From Mytilus californianus (Eukaryota): a stretch of 64,000 nucleotides of DNA. A program made the position numbers and the translations under genes. The first letter of the stretch is position 1, and every line of letters begins with the position of its first letter. Where the stretch lies: positions 105,462,001-105,526,000 of the forward strand of contig NW_026262581.1 in NCBI RefSeq assembly GCF_021869535.1, in the 5' to 3' direction. The notes beneath the pieces were generated by a model that saw nothing but the letters and a program-made list of their open reading frames with translations, did no database searches and was not told the DNA's origin. Of this stretch, positions 13,391 through 25,500 are shown piece after piece.

Positions 13391-15914
13391 TTAAGTCGGG
13401 ATAACATCGCGATTATATATACTGATCTCGCATCTTTTAAAACAGCCCAAAAGGTTTAAACCAACACCCAACATATACAATTACAAATTTAGCAATATCG
13501 GCTTTTGAAAGGAACTTTAAAATTCCAAGATAAAAAGATGATATCTTATTAAATTTAAAATTTGTAAACGTGAAGTCTATTTATTTATTTTATCTTATTA
13601 ATTAAAAACTTGGAAATCAAAAGACAAAATACAGCGTATATATTTTTTCTTTAAACTGTCACTATTCATATTCGTAACTATGAATACATTATTAGTGTGT
13701 TTATAATAAGCATATTTATACTCAATACATAAACCTTCGTTTCAATAAATATTGACAGTGCTATTTGCAGATCAGATTAAAATTCCGGCTGAGGTCAAAA
13801 TAAGGCATTTAATCATATCCTGTGTGCATTTACAATAAAAGATTTAACACATCGAAGTTGACAGAAGATATTTAAAAAGATATCAAAAATGAAAAATAAA
13901 CAATTAACGCAGATCACTATATCTTTTTTTAAAAAGCATACATTGTTACTGAATTTAAAATCCGAAGACTTTCATTGAAAGAAAAAAAAAAAAAAAAAAA
14001 AAACACTTCATAAACGCATCTTCAGGAACAACAGATGTTCGGGAAAAGACAGATTCTAAGACTGAAATTTGAAACATTACTTATAATTTATGATTTAATA
14101 AACGAATGATCTACCGGGATTTGCATGTTTTTTAAGTTGGTTCACTAACTCATAATTTTGGCCCTAAAAATCTGATATTTTGTAACTGCGATGATGTTAG
14201 GAAAATTATATGAAGACATATGTTAAAATGTCAAATTGTTCAGTTATAAAAGATTTTTGACCAATTGCGTCATTGGTGATGTATTTCTGACGTCATAAAT
14301 GTAGGTGAATTTGTGAACGCCTGAATTTTGGCATAATTAGTTGAAATTTATGTCAGTTTTCTGAATAATTAACAGTGGCGCTACTCCTCGTCAACAAATA
14401 TTTTTGCTGAAATATTTTAAATATATACAATAGTCTTTACTTTTCAACTAAAATTTCAATGAGCGAGGGGTGGCGTTAAAGATGAAATCATGAAATAAGG
14501 TAAAAAAAGATAATGAATTTCTTGAAAAATGGACTAAAATGAAATCTATATCACCTATTTTAGGCTAATATATTTATAATATATGAAGCAGATATACATT
14601 GTCTCTTATTATACTTTTAAAAATAATACATTTAGCAATACGTACACAGTTAATTTTCTCGAACAATTGAAGTTTTAAAAATGCACTTTTACAGGGCCGT
14701 TTATTGGGTTTACTAGCTAGGCCTATTCAGTAAGTGCTTTTGAAAATTGGGTTGTTGCAATGATTTCTGAATGGCACATTTTAAAACACTGGTCTCGGAT
14801 TTAACGACCCTATTCTGACTAACGTGGATGCGTATGTATATATCCCATACCACCTAGCGGTGACTTGATAAAATATGAATTGTAATGTGTAAGTATTGTT
14901 TAGTCAACATACCAGCCATTTTCTCAAGTGTATTCTTTGAAATATCCATAATACCTTCTTTTCCCCTGGTTTCACAATGATATATGTTTTTATTGGTACT
15001 AATGCTTCAGTTAATTAAGACGAACAAGTAGGGATACTTAACTTATCAAGTCATTGTATGCAAATTCATGTTATCGTTTTGTGGTAAAATTCGTCTTTAC
15101 ATTTTATGTAATTCAAATATTTCTCCAATTTTGCAGAATTTTATTTTGAAGCTATGCACTTCAGCCAGACATCTTTCTATTCGAAATGATAACATAATTT
15201 GGGAGAAACTAATTGTTCAAAATCATTAGTTTTAGTGTTAGAAGATTTTATAGTCTAAAAAAGCGGGTGGCAAACTTCATTAAACCCCATTCATGTTTAT
15301 GCTGTTCGGTGTAAGCCAAGGCTCCGTGTTGAAGGCCGTACTTTAACCTATAATTGTTTACTTTTTACACATTGTGACTTTGATGGAGAGTTGTCTCATT
15401 GGCACTCATACCACATTTTCTTATTTATATTATACCATTGTTTGTTACATGTGTAAACAATATTGATCCAGATGAATAAAATTGAACAAACAGTAATTTT
15501 TTTGACGATTAAACTTTTGTCAATGGTAAATCGGCCACATCTTTTTGCATCGAAGAACATTCGGCGAAAATAATATTTCTTTTTATAGACTTTTCTTTAA
15601 CAAAGTAGAATACCCATATCAGAGACAGACTTACTAAGTTGAAAACTTATGTGTGATTTATTTGTCCTTATGAACAATAGTTATGTCTAAACATGAAGCC
15701 GTAAACAAAATAGAACAACCCGTATAGAATAGAAGTCAAAATCAGAACGACACAAATAAAAATATCAAATGAAACACACTCGAGAACACATAAAAAGGTC
15801 CGACAACATGAACTTGTCTTAAGCCAATCAGGAGTATAAGTCAAGATATAGAGCACCATCGCTGTTATGTAAGAGATATCCTGCCTCATGTAGGAATTAG
15901 AATTGAAATGAATG

Positions 15915-16092
15915 AAATGAACTAGTTAGTTTTTCTCAATTGAATTGTTTCATATTTTTCATGTCGGGCCTTTCATAGGGTTTTCGCATTGTTGAATGCC
16001 GTACGGTTGCCTGTAATTGCTTACATCTACTTCATTTGAACTTTGGTGGAAGTTGTCTACTGGCTTTCATACCACATCTCCTTATTTTCATA
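15915..16092 (-). mobile_element. Family B copy
   Basis: gccgtacggttgcct..cttacatctacttcatttgaactttggtgga..ataccacatctccttatttt is the reverse complement of the head. Confidence 0.75.
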
Positions 16093-17242
16093 TTAAAAAA
16101 ATAAAAGTATTTCAAGTTTGTTTAATCTAATGTACTGCTGATGTTCAAGGGTAATTATTTCATTATACATTCCATAAGTTTTTCTGAGTTTATGTTTTTT
16201 ATTTCATAAATCAGATTCCGATTTGCATGTTCTCATCATTATAAGGGGGATCACCTTGTGTCCATAACTTAAGTAAAAGAAATCTCAAGATGAGAACTAG
16301 TACACCCAACATCATGACAGTGGTTACAAAGCAACTTGTCGAAATCAATTTTATTTTGAACCAGTAGTCCACAGCTTCCACAATAAAGTTCATTATCTTT
16401 TGATGCTGATGTAAGTATGTCCTAAACTATTACAATGTCATTATATAAATTACATTGTTTCAACTACAATCGCACGCCAATCTTTATCATAAAGGACAGT
16501 TGATTGGACAAAACGGGAACGAATATTGTATTAAAAAGACGCCAAGGTCTAAACTAGCTCTAGCTTATATTAAAGACAATGTAAACAAGCAAGAAGGTCT
16601 CCTAGTGTACATGAAGTTTTGTTTGTGGACATATGTTGCTGGTGGATAAAGTCTTGCACCGACTGAAATCAATGTAGGGTTTACAGAGAAATGACGATTT
16701 AAGGGTTCGAGTTTTGTATCATTTGAGTAAAAATATTATCTATGTAGAACATTTGCTGTCATTTCGACTTGAGTCAAACTCAATTATGCATATTGTATTG
16801 TTTTATAGATTTTGTTTAGTCCCCCCCACCCCCTTTCCACTGAAATCAATTATTCTTCTTGAAGAAATTTTGAATCAATAAAAATATTTTAAAAAACTAA
16901 CTGAAAAAAAACCATATATTTTGCAGTGCACTATTGTGTTTTAGGGTAATAATTTTCATGCCTGGCAAGGCAATTGTAACTCGCAACACATTCTATATAT
17001 TCAACAATTCAATCCCTGGGTTGTCATATTTAAATGATTTGGAACAGCCATGAAATAAAATAGATAACGAAGTGTCTATCTACTGAGTGCAGAAAACATA
17101 AAATATGCAAATTGATAGATAAACATTTGTTTCCTTTCCATATTCAAAACTTTTCGCATTATTTTAGAATTTTTATAGCTTTTCAGAAAGCTTATTGAAT
17201 TTTTTAAAACAACCATTTTATGATTTGATATAAGTACAATAT

Positions 17243-17525
17243 GAAATAAGGAGATGTGGTATGATTGCCAATGAGAACTTTCCACCAGGGACCAAATGAC
17301 GCTCGAGAAATAACGTAGATGTTAAAGCAACTAAAAGTCATCGGCCTTCATTAATAAGCAAACCCCATACCGCAATAAGCAAGCCATAAAAGGCCCAGAC
17401 ATAACAAAATGTAAAACATTCAAAACGAGAAAAAAAAGCGTGAATTATGCACAAAACAACAAACGAATAACAAATATGATTCATAGCAACGAACGACAAT
17501 CACTAAATTACAATCTCCTGACTTT
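17243..17525 (+). mobile_element. Family B copy
   Basis: Starts aaataaggagatgtggtatgattgccaatgaga, with the downstream body similar to other copies. Confidence 0.75.
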
Positions 17526-19148
17526 GGACTTTTTCACATAAATAATGCGAGTCAAGCATATTCGTGTGCGTTATAAATTACACCAAAGGCTTTCTTTATT
17601 CAAAGAACAAGTTCGAAAGTACATAATTATTACCAAATCACCATGATAAAGAAGGTTTATAATGGAATGTCTTTCGGATTCAAATTATTCAAATTTGGTT
17701 AGCGATGCAAAATTTTACATAAACATGTAAAATTTTCAGTTTTGTGACAAAATACGACTTTATGAGCAACAGATAGTAATTCAGATTTGGAAATAATATT
17801 TAGGAAAGATGATAAAGACTGTTTAATAATCAGTTTGCAGTAGGATTTTGTAACTTTTAGATATTTACCTTGCAAGTTAAAAAAAATACAGGGTAAATCG
17901 GCCACATCTTTTTGCATCGAAGAACATTCGGCGAAAATAATATTTCTTTTTATCAATCACATTTTTGTTCATAAAAGACACCGAGTGCTTTAGTAAAGAT
18001 TGACATTTTAGACAAGTGTGTGAAATGCATTTCCTCTTTTTCAACTGTATATAAACCGAAAATGTATAAATTTTAATCGACAAAGAGAGGCACGTTTTTC
18101 CGGACTTTTATGCAAAAGAGAACTTTCTATTTATACACAATATTTTCAAGCAAGTACAATTTAATCTTTCACTCATACTGAACTCCTGATCACTCCTCTG
18201 TTTTCATATTTAAATGAAATCAATGGATCTCGTAAAATTTACGACTCCAGAATATCTTTTAATAGATAAGTATTTGAAAGATCGATACTAAATATATCCT
18301 GCTGAAATTTTCTTTCTTATGCACCGAATTTTTTTTTCTTTTTTGGAAGAGGATGCATCTTTTTAAAAAATAAACTGTTTGACTAAATGTCTTGAAAAAT
18401 GCATTGCTTGTTTTGAAAAAGAATGGAAAAAGTAGTTTATTTCTACTGAAAATTATTTTTAATTTAATAAGTTTTTTTCCTAATTGTTCCGAGAGGACGT
18501 TCAAAAGACGGGTTGTCTATCAATTTAAGAAGACGGGGGAATGAATTGCTATCCAATGAATGGTCCACTGTACAAAGTGTTGAAGAGCGGCGATGCTCAT
18601 ACACATCGAATGACATTGTCATAAATGAATGACATTGTTGTACAAACAACAAAAGGGGCTACTACATAATCAAGATTGTGTAATCCTAATTCAAAATAAA
18701 GTTGAAATTAACAAGTAGCTTTGCAACCACTGTCGTGATGATGGATGTAAAAATATTTGGTGAAAATTCGAAAAGCAAAAAATAATTTATTCCTCAGAAT
18801 GTTTTTGTGTTTACAATCATACTAACTAAAAACAGAAAAAGTCTGGGACGAATCACATACATAAGTAACTGTATAGTGAAGAAATCAATGTTTATTAATC
18901 AAGTATATGTCCATAAAAAGTAAAATATTCATTAATGTCTGTGAGTGATAACATTTCACAACTCGTAAAAAATAATACTCGAAACTTTTGTAAATTGGTA
19001 TGAAGACATCATAAGATTAAAAAATAATCATAATAAAGGAAAAGTTGAAGCCAGGTGATTTATGTTATTACCACAAATTTCATTTTTAGCTGAGTGGAAT
19101 ATTTTTCAAAATTGACAAATTCCTTAAAATTATAAAATGCTATTGAGA

Positions 19149-19214
19149 TGCAGACCTGATTATTTCGGAAACAATTGCACAAAAAGATACACGTGTGGGC
19201 ACCTTGAAATATAA
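19149..19214 (+). pseudogene. Possible decayed EGF-like (MEGF/SCARF-type) exon fragment
   Basis: It reads CRPDYFGNNCTKRYTCGHLEI* after ..tattgAG|A and resembles CxxGYFGxxCxxxCxC with one Cys lost. It is short, so a chance match is possible. Confidence 0.3.
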
Positions 19215-19680
19215 GTGAGAATCCATACCTTCTACAAGTAATTATCGACATATATCACTACTGGCTATGTAGTAAAAGTAATAGACCACTTTCGAGTTCT
19301 TTGCATATCCGTCAAAAACTTTGGTTTTTGTGAGCATTATTCGTGCGTTTAAGGGCATCGTCACTTCGTTCCCATGTTGAGCGATCGGTTGAAAAAAATA
19401 TAATGCTATATTGCCCGAACTATTCGGCAAATTAAATTCTTATAATTGATAATCAGCACTGCTCTCATTAGGGAATTGTGATTAAGTACCTACCGAACAA
19501 CCATTATTTCTAGTTTATCCTGCATAATGACGATCACGAAGACGCTTGAAGAATTTTATTAGTGCAGGGATACAGGCGATCCCCTCTATCTGGTAAATGA
19601 CGTCATAAAGGCGCGCACAACTGACGAACTTTTCCGATGAAAGACATAACTCGATTGTTATTCATAACCGTCTACATAGC

Positions 19681-20260
19681 AGCAAACTTATTTATAAGTA
19701 TCAGTCGGAATTTTAATTTAAACATTCAGCTGTACATCAACTAACTATACCATCTCCTACTTCTATTAAAAAGAAACAACTTAGATACTTCGTATTCTGT
19801 CATTTTTACAAAAGCACTTGATAAAATATGGCATAGTAAACTTACACTTCAAATGAAATCATATACGGAAATTAGAAAAGTAGGGAACTTTTCAAAGTAA
19901 ACCGAAGTTAGTTATCAGATATTCATCTACATCATTGTTCATTGTTTCTACTGGAGTACCCCAAGGTTCGGTTATCGATCCCTTTTGATTTTGATGATGA
20001 ATTACTTTCATTGACTATACTGTTTGTTAGTGAAAGATCGCTGGGTTATTCAATCTTCAGAATTGGAGACTTAGAATTTGTAATTAATCATTATTGAGAT
20101 AAACTTAGTGTTCGGTTTCAAATCTGGCTCATGTCTTTTAGCCCAGTTAAAACGGCAATAATGACTTGCCCAAACACTTAGTTCCAAATAATTTGAGTAT
20201 TCTTTCAAAAATCATCAACACTTAGCTATAACTCTTTCTCCGGACGCAAAGTGGACTGTT
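19681..20260 (+). mobile_element. Old, highly degenerate CR1/L2-type RT core fragment
   Basis: Motifs appear in the correct order across frameshifts: LIYKYQSEF..HSAVHQL, FVFCHF/TKALDKIWH (cf. DFSKAFDKVWH), TGVPQGSV, LFVSERSLGYS (cf. LFADDTSL), WLMSFSPVKT, HLAITLSPDAKW. Confidence 0.8.
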
Positions 20261-22598
20261 TCCTTTTGATATGCGCTGTCAAAAATTTCCGGATTTTAAA
20301 ATCTCATTCTCTTTTACCAGCTTTCTCAACAGAGCTTTTGATTTTTCATTTTATACAAAATAATCGATAAAAAATGGAAATAATACTTTATTAAATTTAA
20401 TGTGTCCAAAGCGCTTTTCTGGATTTACATTCAACAGGAAAGCTCAAATCAAAAACTTGAAAAGCCAAGGATGTATAAGTACCTGAACACGCAAAGTTCT
20501 ATATGACCAAAAGAGAACTAAAAAATAGTCAAATCCATCTAAGATTTACTTTACCTGAGGGAAGTCTAACCTTAGTTCCTTAATAATTTTTTAATTTATC
20601 AACAGAGAATTTCAAAAAGGTATGTTACACATCTTGTTTGTCAGAAGTACTGAGCTGATGATGTCTTTTGGTACTAACAGTCCACCAGTAGCGGTATCGA
20701 CTCATTGCTAGAAAATCAAAATAGCACATTATTAATTTTGGGAGTCCCAATCGCTTTATTGGATTTACCTTGATATGGAAGGCTCTGAAATATGATGTCT
20801 TCAGGTTTAAACACAATTTTCCGGCTTTAGTTTTCGGCTTTGGAAGATGCAATATTATTTAGTTCGCTGAACGTAAATAAAGCAAGTGTAGCCTCCTGAT
20901 GTTGAACTCATTTTTCTTTAATTTACAAATTTAAACTGTTAAACAATACAGTTAACATTCACACTGATATAATATTTGATGTAAAAGAACAAAAATTATA
21001 GTACTAACCTAAAAAGATCCCATATTAAAACGTTTTACATATAGTATTAATTAGGTTATTGTTTGTGTCTAACTCGGTTGAATATTAAAATGTTTTCAAC
21101 TGTATAACCAGTCAATCAAATTATCTTTATATTTTCAATTTTAACAACATCTATAGTCCTTTTGACTTCCATATATTTGCAGAAAAATACATTTTTTCAA
21201 ATCAACATTTGTTTCTTGACGTATGCTAATATATGATATATACGAACTCTGACTATTGATTTTATAATTTTTGGTCTGTAATTAAAAAAGTTACCCATTA
21301 GGTCTCTTTGTTAATTTTATTTTTTGAAGTGTTAAATACTTGATGGAGTAGGTATAAATAGTCTAACAGCCTCCAAATAAAAAAAAAAAAACCATACACG
21401 TGCTTTGAATTAATGTCTCATTGTACCATGTGACTTTCACATTTAAATATATTAAATATTTGAAAAAAAAATGTCATCTTCGTAGTTATATAATGCACTA
21501 TAACTGATGTAGATTGAAGCAAGCTGAAAAAATATTTTTAAAAATGTTTTGTCTTCTTTTATATTTTGAAAATAACATTCTTTTCATAAAATATATTTAT
21601 ACCACAGTTTTGTATTTAGATGAAAAGAATAAATAAGTAGTTTTACAATGTTCATGCCTCTTTATTGTATTAACATATTGCAGTTGTTTTAACTTTTATT
21701 CTCTAGTGTATCAATGAATTATTGATATGTGCTGTATCAATAATTCATTGATAATTGATAGGTATAAAAGAAGGTAGTTAAAAATATTTACTTCAACCAG
21801 ACTTCACATCAAACATATTATTCAATCATCTTTAAATAAATTAGACTTCCTTTATTTCGAATAAGTAGATCCTAAAGCGCTATTTGCACAATCTTCATCA
21901 TCAAGCACATTATTACTTAACATCCTCTTTTTCTTGTAGTAAACTTTAACTATTTTCTTGGAGTTGACATGACTTTACAAATAGGACAACTTTTGGTATT
22001 CAATCCGGAACTACAGGTGCTGGTTTCATCTTTGTTTGTGTCGAACAATCTTTAAGATTCAAATGGGGTTTACTGTATAACCGTACGCATATTTACTTCT
22101 GTATATATAGACTGTCTGGTCATCTTCATGACGTTATACAAATCGGTCAATTGATTAATCAAATTCTTTTTATACTGCAAAATGTGTCCAGTCGATATCC
22201 TTCTTCATGGAGTGAATGTAGTAATCAATTCTTGCCTAGGTTAGTTTCAGTTTCTGTCTTTTTCATAACAAAAATGTCTAAATAATTAAATTTTTTCTAA
22301 GGCACTTACTTGTGTTATTCTGTTTTGTTTGTTTTTTTAGAATATTTTCAATAAGAGTCAACGCCATAGGTGTTCTACTGTAAATGAACTAGCGACATCA
22401 AAGACAACCAAAAACGTTGAATAAAATGTACGAAGACAAGTCAAAAGAATAATCTGACCTAAATAACATCATCTGTCGTTTGTCCAAGAACGTTCGTACC
22501 TTTTTCCATATAAGATGAAGCATATAATGTAACCATTCAATCAAACCACTTATAAACAACCTGGAGATTCTGTGGCAAAAAGAAATTGTCTTCTTTAG

Positions 22599-25500
22599 TT
22601 AATGTATCAAGTCTTTCAACAAACGAAATGTCCAAACCCAAAAGTCAAAATAACAAAGACGAAATTATCACTGACCTAGATGACGAATCTAAAATTAATG
22701 GAACTAAAGCACATTCATTTCCTGCAAATACAAAAACTTCGAGATCAATAATAAAAGCAACAGACTCATCTTCTCTCAAAAATGGGAATGAAAAATATAA
22801 TGAAAGAAATAGAAAAAAAGAAACAAGTATTCTGACAAGTCCTGACCGCACATTGAAACCTCCGTCGACGACAAAAAAACCACGAAGGCCCGTCAGTGGT
22901 AAAACGACAACAAATGCGAGTAGTACCACAAAAGAAATAAATGGACTCGCTGATGAAGAAGTATCAACAGGTACTCGAACACCTCCTGACCACACTTCAA
23001 GACCTTCGTCGGGGGTAAATAAAACATCAAGGCCCACCAGTGCGAAGACGACATCCACATTAATAGACGATGATGTAAAGACTAGTGGAACAGAAAGTCC
23101 AGTAGTAATGAACAACGAAATAGTATCTAGGAGAACATCAAAATCAAATGAATCGTCAAGACCTTTGAGTGCCAAAGACAACGCAGCAGATCTTCTCCCT
23201 GCAGATGAAAAAGATACATCAAAAACATCTGACACTTTGAATAACATGAATGAGGACCAGACAAAAAATCAATCTGATCTAGGCAAAGAAAATGTGACTG
23301 GGACAACATCGTCGTCGTCTGGTCCACATTCTAGACCTTCTTCAGGAATAGAAGCATCTAAGGTCACCACTGAAATCGAAACCAATGATAAAATACCTGG
23401 AGATTCTCCACCTACAGGAAAATTGTCACCTGTCAATAATGTATCAAGTCCAGTACATAAAGCTAATAAAATATCAAGGACAAGTAGCCCTACCGACACG
23501 AAAATCAGTGACTTAAATGAGGAATTTGAAGTTAAGGAAACTAGAAGACAATCATCTTCTGACAAAATTACAACATCAAGACCAACATCAGGTTCAGGAA
23601 GCGCATCCAGACCAACAAGTGCGATTAAGAACACTAAAGAAATAAATGGACACGTTGATGAAGAAGTATTTACAGGAACTCGAACACCTCCTGACCACAC
23701 ATCAAGACCTTCGTCAGGGATAAATAAAACATCAAGGCCCACAAGTGCAAAGACGACAACCACACAAATAGACAATGATGTAAAGACTAGTGTTACAGAA
23801 GGTCCAATAGTAGTAAACAACGAAAGAGTATCTAGACCAACATCAAAATCAAAGGAATCGTCAAGACCTTCGAGTGCCAAAGACAACGCAGCAGATCTTT
23901 TCCCTGGAGATGAAACAGATACATCAAAAACATCTGACACTTTGAATAACATGAATGAAGATCAGACAAAAGATCAATCTGATCCAGGCAAAGAAAATGT
24001 GACTGGGACAACATCTACGTCGTCTGGTCCACATTCTAGACCTTCTTCAGGAATAGAAGCATCTAAGGTAACCACTGCAATCGAAACCAATGATAAAATA
24101 CCTGGAGATTATTCACCTACAGGAAAATTGTCACCTGTCAATAATGTATCAATTCCAGTACATGAAGCTAATAAAATATCAAGGACAAGCAGCCCTACCG
24201 ACACGAAAATCAGTGACTTAAATGAGGAATTTGAAGTTAAGGAAACTATAAGACAATCATTTTCTGATAAAACTAAAGAAATAAATGGACACGCTGATGA
24301 AGAAGTATTTACAGGTACTCGAACACCTCCTGACCACACATCAAGACCTACGTCCGGGATAAATAAAACATCAAGGCTCACAAGTGCAAAGACGACAACC
24401 ACACAAAAATGCAATGATGTAAAGACTATTGGAACAGAAGGTCCGATAGTCGTAAACAACGAAACAGTATCTAGGCCAACATCAAAATCAAAGGAATCGT
24501 CAAGACCTTCGAGTGCCAAAGACAACGCAGCAGATCCTCTCCCTGCAGATGAAACAGATACATCAAAAACATCTGACACTTTTAATAACATGAATGAAGA
24601 CCAGACAAAAGATCAATCAGATCCAGGCAAAGAAAATGTGACTTGGACAACATCGTCGTCGTCTTGTCCACATTCTAGACCTTCTTCAGAAATAGAAGCA
24701 TCTAAGGTAACCACTGCAATTGAAACCAATGATAAAATATCTGGAGATTCTTCACCTACAGGAAAATTGTCACCTGTCAATAATGAATCAAGTCCAGTAC
24801 ATAAAGCTAATAAAATATCAAGGACAAGTAGCCCTACCGACACGAAAATCAATGACTTAAATGAGAAATTTGAAGTTAAAGAAACTAGAAGACAATCATC
24901 TTCTGACAAAATTACAACATCAAGACCAACATCAGATTCTGGAAGCGCATCCAGACCAACAAGTGCGAGTAAGACCACTAAAGAAATAAATAGACACGCT
25001 GATGAAGAAGCAACTACAGGTACTCGTACACCTCCTGACCACACATCAAGACCTTCGTCAGGGATAAATAAAACATCAAGGCCCACAAGTGCGAAGACGA
25101 CAACCACACAAATAGACAATGATGTAAAGACTAGTGTTACAGAAGGTCCAATAGTACTTAACAACAAAACAGTATCTAGGCCAACTTCAAAATCAAAGGA
25201 ATCGCCAAGACCTTTGAGTGCCAAAGACAACGCAGCAGATCTTCTCCCTGCAGATGAAACAGATACATCAAAAACATCTGACACTTTGAATAACATGAAT
25301 GAGGACCAGACAAAAAATCAATCTGATCTAGGCAAAGAAAATGTGACTGGGACAACATCGTCGTCGTCTGGTCCACATTCTAGACCTTCTTCAGGAATAG
25401 AAGCATCTAAGGTAACCACTGCAATCGAAACCAATGATAAAATACCTGGAGATTCTTCACCTACAGGAAAATTGTCACTTGTCAATAATGTATCAAGTTC

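Larger units (their letters stand above)
15525..17953. repeat. Exact 62-bp direct duplication (15525-15586 = 17892-17953)
   Basis: ggtaaatcggccacatctttttgcatcgaagaacattcggcgaaaataatatttctttttat is present twice. A degenerate inverted relative lies at ~7975-8030. Confidence 0.9.

Noticed and set aside
13990-14900. Possible DNA-transposon remnant with TGACGTCA and GC-richer patches
   Set aside because: No TIR pair, TSD or second copy was found in the window.
19242-19430. Minus-strand WERSDDALKRTNNAH, faintly like the MULE transposase RTNN motif
   Set aside because: The match is four residues, with stops nearby and no DDE context.
19681-20260. Idea that this RT-core fragment is the piece missing from the inverted LINE at 61.3-62.9 kb
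   Set aside because: The overlapping motifs differ (WLMSFSPVKT/HLAITLSPDAKW versus LVTFNPQKT/HLGLQISNDGTW) and this copy is far more decayed, so it is a different insertion.
1045-20852. Remaining 60-106-aa ORFs left of the giant exon
   Set aside because: Most overlap repeat families or low-complexity AT-rich DNA, many use non-ATG starts, and none shows a recognisable domain.
21800-22260. Purine-rich minus-strand segment with coding-like look
   Set aside because: All frames have stops and no recognisable motif, so it cannot be supported without BLASTx.
22586-22588. TTG start given by the ORF track (also for many short ORFs)
   Set aside because: This is an alternative-start artefact in a eukaryotic context. 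The first ATG is at 22628 and an acceptor at 22598 is plausible.
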